Source: an uncultured Gammaproteobacteria bacterium (GTDB taxonomy: Bacteria; Patescibacteriota; Microgenomatia; Levybacterales; UBA12049). From it: DNA of 64,000 bases. The position numbers and the translations under genes are program-made. The stretch is from contig CAZNAA010000001.1 of the NCBI GenBank assembly GCA_964571255.1, positions 254,986 through 318,985 on the forward strand. The letters are read 5' to 3'. This document shows, piece by piece, positions 57,087 to 64,000 of this stretch. The stretch's first letter is position 1. Every line of letters begins with the position of its first letter. The notes beneath the pieces are model-generated. The model did no database searches, was not told where the DNA came from, and worked only from the letters and a program-made list of their open reading frames with translations.

Positions 57087-57683
57087 ATGAGAAAGATTAT
57101 TGTTGTTGAATTTTCTACTCTTGATGGTGTTATTCAAGCACCAGGTGACTCCAAAGAAGATGCAGCAGAAGGTTTTAAATACGGCGGATGGATGGGACCA
57201 TATTTTGACAAAGATAATGTTTTAGGTGAAGAAATGGAAAAACAAATGAAAGAGACCTCTGGTCTTCTTCTTGGACGAAAAACCTACGACATCTTCGTAG
57301 GATATTGGCCAGAACACACAGAACCGTGGCCCCAAATCAACAAAATTCCTAAATATGTTGTCTCAAAAACCCTAAAAAACCCGACTTGGGAAAATACTGT
57401 AGTGATAAAAGATATCAATGAGTTAAAAAAGCTAAAGAACTCAGATGGTCCAGATTTACAGGTCTATGGAAGTGCAAACCTTGTTCAGACATTAATGGAG
57501 CATGATTTGGTAGATGAGTTTTGGCTTAAAATATTTCCTCTCACCCTTGGTACAGGGAAAAGATTGTTTGATAAAGGTACAATACCTGCTACCTTCAAGG
57601 TTGTTAAATCTAAAATTTCCCCAAGTGGTGTCATTATTGCATACTACAAACGCGAGGGAGGAGTTAAAACAATGTCTGTCTAA
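57087..57683 (+). CDS. Dihydrofolate reductase family protein (RibD C-terminal/YwjB-like)
   Basis: MRKIIVVEFSTLDGVIQAPG...LLLGRKTYD pattern; 198 aa. Confidence 0.7.
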   Translation: MRKIIVVEFSTLDGVIQAPGDSKEDAAEGFKYGGWMGPYFDKDNVLGEEMEKQMKETSGLLLGRKTYDIFVGYWPEHTEPWPQINKIPKYVVSKTLKNPTWENTVVIKDINELKKLKNSDGPDLQVYGSANLVQTLMEHDLVDEFWLKIFPLTLGTGKRLFDKGTIPATFKVVKSKISPSGVIIAYYKREGGVKTMSV

Positions 57684-57913
57684 ACAATAGCGAAAGATTT
57701 TTGGTAAAAGACTATTTCCTGTAAGGATATTTTAGAATAATAGGTTCGGACAGCATTCGGTAGCTGACCCTATAGTATTTAATAGATCTATATATACCTA
57801 TCTTTATCAAAAGATATAGTCTCAACTTGTACTTCCAATTTTCTGACAACGAGTTTGTGCATTTAACTAAATGCACCCCAAAACCATACTTAAAACTCTG
57901 ATATAATCTTACT

Positions 57914-58354
57914 ATGGATATAAGGATTTGGGATTCTTCGGGAAAGTATAAAGAAGGGTTTGTCAAAGAATATAAACATTGGGTATTAGAGGTAAGTTTT
58001 CTCCAACATACACTTGGTTGTTTCATTATTTTTGCAAAAAGAAATGTTGAAAGAATTTCTGAGCTTAACGATGATGAAGTCGTAGAACTTAGAAGTGTAA
58101 TGAAAGAATTAGAAGCAACTCTTTCAGCTATTGAAGAATTCAAGCCAGATAGATTTAACTATCTCCAAATGGGAAATGCCTTGCATCATTTGCACTTTCA
58201 TACAATACCACGATATGCAAAACCTAGAAATTTTGTAAATAGAGAATGGATTGATACAACATTCGGACATCCTCCTATTTGGAGCAAAGTAGAAGTAGAT
58301 AACGAAATAGTTTTTGCCATTAAGAAAACGTTTTTATCTCAACTCAATAAGTAA
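57914..58354 (+). CDS. HIT (histidine triad) family hydrolase
   Basis: Histidine triad HHLHFHTI (HxHxHxx); 146 aa. Confidence 0.6.
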   Translation: MDIRIWDSSGKYKEGFVKEYKHWVLEVSFLQHTLGCFIIFAKRNVERISELNDDEVVELRSVMKELEATLSAIEEFKPDRFNYLQMGNALHHLHFHTIPRYAKPRNFVNREWIDTTFGHPPIWSKVEVDNEIVFAIKKTFLSQLNK

Positions 58355-58413
58355 AATGTTATTCGGCGGGTTACTTCAAATTTAAGTTTCAATTTTAACA
58401 TTAAAAAATAAAT

Positions 58414-58797
58414 ATGGACATTCAAGCGTATAACAACTCTCAAACTCCTTCCGATAAAGAAATTTGTGAATTATTAAACACAGAAATCACTAACAATCTT
58501 CCAGATGCAGAAAGTAAAATTTGGCATGGTCATCCAGTCTGGTTTTTGGAAGGAAACCCAGTAGTAGGATATAGTAAGCTAAAAGGAAACGTTCGTTTAC
58601 TCTTTTGGAGTGGTCAATCTTTTGATGAAGCTAGCTTACAACCAGAAGGTACCTTTAAAGCAGCAGAAGCTAGATATACAAATCGTAACCAAGTTAATCT
58701 TGATGATTTACATCGTTGGCTCAAAAAGGCAACAGAAATTCAATGGGATTATAAAAATATTGTTAAACATCGCGGAGTACTAGAAAAATTGAGATAA
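58414..58797 (+). CDS. DUF1801 (YdhG-like) domain protein
   Basis: 127 aa; ...IWHGHPVWFLEGNPVVGYSKLKGNVRLLFW pattern of DUF1801. Confidence 0.5.
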   Translation: MDIQAYNNSQTPSDKEICELLNTEITNNLPDAESKIWHGHPVWFLEGNPVVGYSKLKGNVRLLFWSGQSFDEASLQPEGTFKAAEARYTNRNQVNLDDLHRWLKKATEIQWDYKNIVKHRGVLEKLR

Positions 58798-58906
58798 GAT
58801 ACTACTCACCTCATGATTTTTTCTCTTTAGAATATAGACAATTATATTTACAAATAGGCTTACAAACAATCACTTTTGACTATTTACAATAAGCTTTACA
58901 TATATA

Positions 58907-58935
58907 TTGACAATTAAAGTGTGGTATGCTATACT
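58907..58935 (+). promoter_or_regulatory. Near-consensus sigma-70 promoter TTGACA-17-TATACT, only 6 nt upstream of the Fic ATG (possible leaderless transcript)
   Basis: ttgaca(58907-58912)-attaaagtgtggtatgc-tatact(58930-58935); ATG at 58942; no SD. Confidence 0.4.
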
Positions 58936-58941
58936 TAACAC

Positions 58942-59985
58942 ATGTTTAAGCCAAAGTTTGAGCTCACTTTTCGCATTGTTAACGAACTATCCTCCATTGA
59001 AAGACTCTATGGTCAACTCATGGGTGAAAAACTCATTCCTTCCCTCTCTCTTCGTCTTTCTCAAGAGAATCAGATTCTTGCTACTCACCACTCAACTAGT
59101 ATTGAAGGAAATCCCCTTTCTCCTTATGACGTAACAAATATTATTCTTGGTGATCAAATTCCCCAAAATAAGTCTGAGAAAGAGGTAAAAAACTACTTTT
59201 CAGTTCTTAATATGCTCACTCCTCTTGTCCACAAAAGAGAGCCAATAACAGTTAAACTAACCGAGACTCTTCATAAACAATTACTGGAGGGAATTGAAAA
59301 AAAAGATGTAGGAAAAATTCGAGATAGTGGTGTGTTTGTTGGACACCAGTCCCAAGGAGAAATCGTTGTCAAACACGCTCCACCATTGCATACAGCTAAA
59401 GAAATCACTGAAGCTCTTGAGGCAATTTATGAATGGCTGCAAACTCCAACTGAGTATCCTCCTCTTATTAAAGCAGCTATTTTTCACCATCAATTTGCTT
59501 ATATCCATCCATTTTTAGATGGAAACGGGCGTCTTGCCCGTATCCTTACTGCCTATTACTTGTTACTTAATAAATATGAAGTCACTAAGTTTTTTATTCT
59601 TGATGATTTTTATGATATTGACCGTCATCTCTACTCAGATACCCTTCATGAAGCAGACAAAGGCAAACTTATAGAGTGGATTGAGTACTTTTTGGAAGGA
59701 ATCTCCTTTTCCCTTCAAGCTGCACTGAATAGAATTGATGAAATGAAGAAAATTAATATGGAGGAGATTAAAGGAGAAAAACGCGTACTCGTTACGCCTC
59801 GTGAAGAAGAAGTGTTACAAATTGTGATTGAGAAAAAAGCAATAAAAACTCCTGATGTTGAGGAAGTATTGGAAGTGACCCGTCAACAAGCTCATTCTCT
59901 ACTTGCATCATTAGTGAAAAAAGGACTCTTGGATAAATTTGGCAAAACAAAAACAAGTTATTACAAGTTAAAAGCCAAGAATTAA
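58942..59985 (+). CDS. Fic family protein, class II, with C-terminal winged-HTH-like domain
   Basis: Fic motif HPFLDGNGRLARIL; inhibitory motif STSIEGN upstream; 347 aa. Confidence 0.8.
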   Translation: MFKPKFELTFRIVNELSSIERLYGQLMGEKLIPSLSLRLSQENQILATHHSTSIEGNPLSPYDVTNIILGDQIPQNKSEKEVKNYFSVLNMLTPLVHKREPITVKLTETLHKQLLEGIEKKDVGKIRDSGVFVGHQSQGEIVVKHAPPLHTAKEITEALEAIYEWLQTPTEYPPLIKAAIFHHQFAYIHPFLDGNGRLARILTAYYLLLNKYEVTKFFILDDFYDIDRHLYSDTLHEADKGKLIEWIEYFLEGISFSLQAALNRIDEMKKINMEEIKGEKRVLVTPREEEVLQIVIEKKAIKTPDVEEVLEVTRQQAHSLLASLVKKGLLDKFGKTKTSYYKLKAKN

Positions 59986-60019
59986 TACTTCTTTTTACAG
60001 ATCTTGTATAATAGCCTAT

Positions 60020-60898
60020 ATGGCAAAAAAGAAATTCCTAACAGTCGGAAAGTATTCCTTTTGTTATACTCCACTTCCCTTCCCTCTTCTTATTACTCTG
60101 GCAACCCTTTTTTTCCTTTCTCTTTGTTTTCTTTTTCTAGTTTATCCTTCACCCAGACCTCATACAGAATATGCCTATCACCAGGCCATCACCTTGACTC
60201 AACCTGTCTCATCTGTTGCTCAGGCTCAAGACTTTTGCCAGACAGTTCCAGTTCTTTTGTATCATCATATCCAACCACTCCAGGAAGCAAAGAAACAAGG
60301 TCACGCCTCACTCACTTTGGATACAGCCGTTTTTGAGCAACAAGTTAGATATATTGTTGATCAGGGATACCTCACCCTTTCTGCTGAAGAGCTTGTTACA
60401 TCTCTTCTTGATAAAGTAGAAGTTCCAGAAAAATCAATCCTTCTCACCTTTGATGATGGATATGCAGATTGGTATACCTATCTCTATCCCCTTCTCACTA
60501 AGTATCAAATCCATGCTAACTTTATGATTCCAAGTGGACTTATTGGAACACCAGGATACGTAACGTGGGAGCAACTTCAAGAGATGGAACAAAGTCCCTT
60601 TGTCACAGTTTATAACCATACCTGGTCACATAAGGCGTTAGGGGATGCATCTAAAGAGCTGATTGACCTAGAACTTACAGCCTCTCAAAACGAGTTTGAA
60701 AAGTACTTGGGAGTTATTCCCTCTGTTTTCACCTATCCTTATGGTTCAAAAAGTGCAGCTACTGCAGCTCGATTAAAACTTCATGGCTTTCAAGGAGCGT
60801 TTACTACCCAACATGGAAGGATTCAATGCCTATCATCTATTATGAATTTACCTCGAGAACATATTGGCAACGCTCCTCTTTCTTTCTACGGTCTCTAA
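60020..60898 (+). CDS. Polysaccharide deacetylase (NodB/CE4 family), membrane-anchored
   Basis: N-terminal TM, CE4 motif LLTFDDGYADWY, His motifs HTWSH. Confidence 0.8.
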   Translation: MAKKKFLTVGKYSFCYTPLPFPLLITLATLFFLSLCFLFLVYPSPRPHTEYAYHQAITLTQPVSSVAQAQDFCQTVPVLLYHHIQPLQEAKKQGHASLTLDTAVFEQQVRYIVDQGYLTLSAEELVTSLLDKVEVPEKSILLTFDDGYADWYTYLYPLLTKYQIHANFMIPSGLIGTPGYVTWEQLQEMEQSPFVTVYNHTWSHKALGDASKELIDLELTASQNEFEKYLGVIPSVFTYPYGSKSAATAARLKLHGFQGAFTTQHGRIQCLSSIMNLPREHIGNAPLSFYGL

Positions 60899-60968
60899 TA
60901 AACTGATCTCTTTTGATCCTTTTTATTCTCTTTTATTTCGTATTAGTTTCTAGTAATTTATATTAACA

Positions 60969-62231
60969 GTGCAAAAATGTATTCTCCATATTGATTTTGA
61001 CTCCTTCTTTGCCAGTGTCGAGCAACAGGACCATCCAGAGTTTCGAGGAAAGCCGTTAGGGGTTACCGCAACGAATGGTCGAACCTGTATTATCGCAGCC
61101 TCACGGGAAGCCAAAAAAAGAGGAATCAAATCCCCTTCCAGTACCTATACAGCAGAGCTCATCTGTCCAGAAATTCAATTTACTAAAGCCAACTTCACTC
61201 GGTATTGGGAGATAAGTAAGGAATTTATTAAAATCTGTAAAAGCTTTAGTCCCTTTATTGAAGTCTTCTCTCTTGATGAGTTATTTATGGATGTTACCAA
61301 AACTGCTCATCTTTTTGGAGGAGTTGCTCCTCTGATAAACATGCTTAAAAAGCGCATTCATGACGAGATAGGCCCCTTCATCACAGTTTCCATAGGTATT
61401 GCAGAAAATAAGTTATTAGCAAAGCTAGCATCAGGAATGAGAAAGCCTAATGGGTTTTTTGTCATTCCTCCTGAGAAAGTAGCGGAAGTTTACTCCACTT
61501 CTCAATTAACAGATATCTGTGGAATTGGTCCTCGAATTGAAAGACGACTGCAACAAATGGGAGTCTATACTCTTTTGCAACTAAGAAAAATTTCTGTTGT
61601 CTCACTCATGGCTGAATTTGGCGTAGTTGAAGGTAACTTTCTCTACAACGTTGGACAAGGAATTGACCACTCCCCAGTTGTTCCCTATACGCAAGCTGAG
61701 GAAACAAAAAGTATTGGGAGAGATTATTGCCTCCCAGGCAACGAATATAATGAACGAGCAGTCTATCAGCTTGTTTATGAATTATCTGAAGAGTTAGGGA
61801 TAAAGTTAAGACGAATTCATAAAAAAGCCAGGCGCGTATCCGTATATCTCGGAGGAAGCATTCAAGTCTATTCTCATAAAACCTCTCATTTATATTTGCA
61901 AACAGGTAAAGAAATTTTTTCACAGTGTTTTGCGCAAATCAACTCTCCCACTTCTGGGTTTTTTGATATCGAGAGAGAAAATCGATATGTGAGACGAATT
62001 GGGATTGGCGTTTCTTCCTTAGCTGATGAGGCATGTATTCCTTCTGACCTTTTTGGAGAAAAAGAAAAACAAGACACTCTAACTCACGTAACAGATTTGA
62101 TCAATGAACGATTTGGAGATCATACGATTCGTAATGGATTCTTACTCTATGCCAAAAAGCTTACAACTGTTCCGAATGGGTTTATGGCTGATAGATATGA
62201 GAGACAACTTCTCTCCAGGGACCTTATTTAG
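60969..62231 (+). CDS. dinB: DNA polymerase IV (Y-family)
   Basis: ILHIDFDSFFASVE, SLDELFMDVT, little-finger domain; 420 aa. Confidence 0.9.
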   Translation: MQKCILHIDFDSFFASVEQQDHPEFRGKPLGVTATNGRTCIIAASREAKKRGIKSPSSTYTAELICPEIQFTKANFTRYWEISKEFIKICKSFSPFIEVFSLDELFMDVTKTAHLFGGVAPLINMLKKRIHDEIGPFITVSIGIAENKLLAKLASGMRKPNGFFVIPPEKVAEVYSTSQLTDICGIGPRIERRLQQMGVYTLLQLRKISVVSLMAEFGVVEGNFLYNVGQGIDHSPVVPYTQAEETKSIGRDYCLPGNEYNERAVYQLVYELSEELGIKLRRIHKKARRVSVYLGGSIQVYSHKTSHLYLQTGKEIFSQCFAQINSPTSGFFDIERENRYVRRIGIGVSSLADEACIPSDLFGEKEKQDTLTHVTDLINERFGDHTIRNGFLLYAKKLTTVPNGFMADRYERQLLSRDLI

Positions 62232-63039
62232 TTTGTCTAGCAGTTAAAAAGGTGATTTCCTCTCGTACTTTTCGCAATTGCTCAGGGTTAAGAAAAATTT
62301 CTTTTAAAATTTCAGGCTTCTCTTTAATTTGCAAACAAGTAACAATATGTCGATCTAAAAGCATTTTTTTCTGTCCTAATGAAAGAGAAGTCAAAGCAGT
62401 TACTGGATACAAGTTGTATTGTTCAATCAGCTCTCGCAGGCTTCCTCTTTCTGGATACCCCCAGCTAATAATTTTCATTTTGCTACACTCTGCAAAAGCA
62501 ATGGCATCTGTTGTGGCTTTGGTATTGGTAATAATCCACGCTTCTGTAAGAGTATGTTTCTCTTTAATATCATCAAACCGGGCTTTGGTATACATAGAAA
62601 CATGTAAGTCAGATCTAGTCCCAGGATCATTATGAAATTTGGCCTCAATGGAGGTTTTCATCCCGGATTTTTGGGCAATAACATCAATTTCATGAACGAC
62701 ACAATGCCCCTGAAGCATTTGACGAACCAAAACAGTGTAATCTTGCTGTTTCAAAAGCTCTCCTACATAATCCTCAAAAGGATACCCACTAGGTCCCAGA
62801 AGCATGAGAGATTGCTTCAAGCTATATTTTCCGGTGCTATAAGGGTGGCTTGAGTGAGAAAGAAATTCACTAATGTGATGATAAATTTCAAAGGTTGTTA
62901 TTTTGTCATGAACAATACCTACAACATGGGATAAAACTTTATCATGTAACTCTTTAGGAATCCCGGCTCTTTGAATAGATTGAATAACCTTTTCCTTACT
63001 AAATGGTTCAGTAGACCCATCAGCTTTAATAACGATCAT
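62224..63039 (-). CDS. ATP-cone domain protein fused to a PD-(D/E)xK restriction-endonuclease-like (Mrr-type) domain
   Basis: N-terminal ATP-cone MIVIKADGSTEPFSKEKVIQSI; C-terminal D...EIDVIA...IEAKF nuclease core. Confidence 0.5.
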   Translation of the reverse strand: MIVIKADGSTEPFSKEKVIQSIQRAGIPKELHDKVLSHVVGIVHDKITTFEIYHHISEFLSHSSHPYSTGKYSLKQSLMLLGPSGYPFEDYVGELLKQQDYTVLVRQMLQGHCVVHEIDVIAQKSGMKTSIEAKFHNDPGTRSDLHVSMYTKARFDDIKEKHTLTEAWIITNTKATTDAIAFAECSKMKIISWGYPERGSLRELIEQYNLYPVTALTSLSLGQKKMLLDRHIVTCLQIKEKPEILKEIFLNPEQLRKVREEITFLTARQTK

Positions 63040-63057
63040 GCATTTAGTATAGCAAGT

Positions 63058-63888
63058 TTAGTTGACACGTCGATAGATAACAAACCTTTCATTCTCGTGT
63101 ACAACTGTATGTAGTGTACTTTTTTTCAATGAGAGAAGCGCTTCATTGCTTTCTCCCTCTCTTTTTTTATCAATCACAATCACATCAGCAATAGAATCCC
63201 CTTGAGGAAAAATAAAAAGATTAGCTCTCTCTGCTACATGACCTCCAATATTATTACTCGCTGAGACACTATCAGTTGGAGAAAGAGATAAAAGATACCT
63301 GTTTAACTCTTTCTTTTCTTGAGAAAGAGATGTAAGCATGTCAATTTGAGGTTCTTCACTTAGAGGAAGAGGACCATATTTATGAGCAAAGAAAAAAGCA
63401 GGCAGAAAAACTCCAAGGAGAAAAAGGGTATGACGTTTTTTAGGAATTCTTCTGAGAAGAAATGTGACTCCATACATTGATGAAAGAAAAAGAAACGGGG
63501 TAAGAGTTGCTGTATATTGATAATACAATTGCCTCATGGTTATTTGACTACTCACCAAATACCCAAGTAACTCAGGGCCCATAAAGACAAGAAGCAAAGG
63601 AGAAAAAAAAGAAAGAAAAGAAAGAGGAGAAAATAGTCGAAATAAATACCATCCCCTTTCTTCTGTCACAATAGTTCCTATTACTTTTTCAGGATTTTTA
63701 ATAAGATTTTTAGTAACTGAGCCTGAATCTGTTCCGTATTCAGAATAAAAATTCAGAGCAAAGTGAGGAGCTTGATTAGCCTGAGGAATGGCATACAAAA
63801 TAAGAAAAAGCAAAAGAAAAAAAGAAATCATACCTACTACCCCTCCTCGAGCGTATTCTTTCCACTTTATTCCCCACCATATTCCCAA
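63058..63888 (-). CDS. Polytopic membrane protein, uncharacterised (probably continues into a further minus-strand membrane ORF to the window edge)
   Basis: 276 aa with several hydrophobic helices; further coding-like hydrophobic sequence 63900-64000 on the same strand. Confidence 0.35.
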   Translation of the reverse strand: MGIWWGIKWKEYARGGVVGMISFFLLLFLILYAIPQANQAPHFALNFYSEYGTDSGSVTKNLIKNPEKVIGTIVTEERGWYLFRLFSPLSFLSFFSPLLLVFMGPELLGYLVSSQITMRQLYYQYTATLTPFLFLSSMYGVTFLLRRIPKKRHTLFLLGVFLPAFFFAHKYGPLPLSEEPQIDMLTSLSQEKKELNRYLLSLSPTDSVSASNNIGGHVAERANLFIFPQGDSIADVIVIDKKREGESNEALLSLKKSTLHTVVHENERFVIYRRVN

Positions 63889-64000
63889 AAATCCTGTAAT
63901 AAGCCAGACTTGCTCTTTAGTAGATCCTGCTAATAAACAAAAAAATACAAACCATCCATATCGTTTCTCTAGTAGAAAATACCAAGCTCCAAGAAGAAAG

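Noticed and set aside
57712-58143. 143-aa minus-strand ORF spanning the DHFR-like/HIT intergenic region
   Set aside because: Overlaps the HIT gene in antisense, Ser/Leu-rich low complexity, no RBS
1-64000. CRISPR arrays, rRNA genes, transposases/integrases, stop-codon recoding
   Set aside because: No spaced direct-repeat arrays, rRNA-like conserved stretches or transposase/integrase ORFs were seen. All confidently identified proteins read through with the standard code (TGA acts as stop), so there is no evidence of UGA recoding

Overview
This is an AT-rich (~35% GC), gene-dense bacterial chromosomal segment that uses the standard genetic code, with short intergenic spaces and many overlapping gene ends. 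Its content points to a small-genome, Gram-positive-like organism, possibly CPR/Patescibacteria-like. That placement is inference from gene content only: sortase with LPXTG, DUF2207, GT39, FeS-less Nth, many tRNAs, and no rRNA in the window.

Housekeeping genes make up most of the window: a DEAD-box helicase, a beta-CASP/MBL RNase, mutS-ydcF-mutL, family-4 UDG, Nth, Y-family DinB, TypA/BipA, a MurF-like Mur ligase, UppP, DD-carboxypeptidase, two ITPase-type house-cleaning enzymes, and a bacterial type IB topoisomerase. There are seven tRNA genes: Gln-TTG, Gly-GCC, Pro-TGG, Leu-TAA, Gly-TCC, Arg-TCT and His-GTG.

Accessory content:
1. A compact six-gene carotenoid operon (crtI-crtB-GGPP synthase-UbiA prenyltransferase-CruF/lycopene-cyclase-like membrane protein-idi) whose architecture resembles C50/bacterioruberin-type pathways.
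2. A ~6.2 kb surface-protein locus (38.4-44.6 kb) with four paralogous secreted proteins built from long Asn/Thr/Gly/Ser-rich ~90-100 aa modules carrying conserved cysteine pairs. Only one has an LPATG sorting signal, and a dedicated sortase sits beside it. A multi-HTH sigma-region-4-like regulator, a DUF4352 protein and a small DUF2292-like ORF that the 60-aa ORF track missed lie immediately upstream. This is the best candidate here for a previously undescribed system.
3. A toxin-antitoxin cluster (brnT/brnA plus a DUF4258 gene).
4. A tRNA-flanked island holding two class-II Fic proteins and an HNH endonuclease that overlaps tRNA-His.
5. A glycosylation cluster (GT39-like GT-C enzyme, SGNH hydrolase, two GT4 enzymes) interleaved with tRNAs.
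6. Smaller items: a GC-rich (~50% GC) compositional island around an orphan 156-aa gene, a start-less histidine-kinase HATPase_c remnant, and an orphan Pol-beta-type nucleotidyltransferase.

No CRISPR array, rRNA, transposase or integrase was seen.
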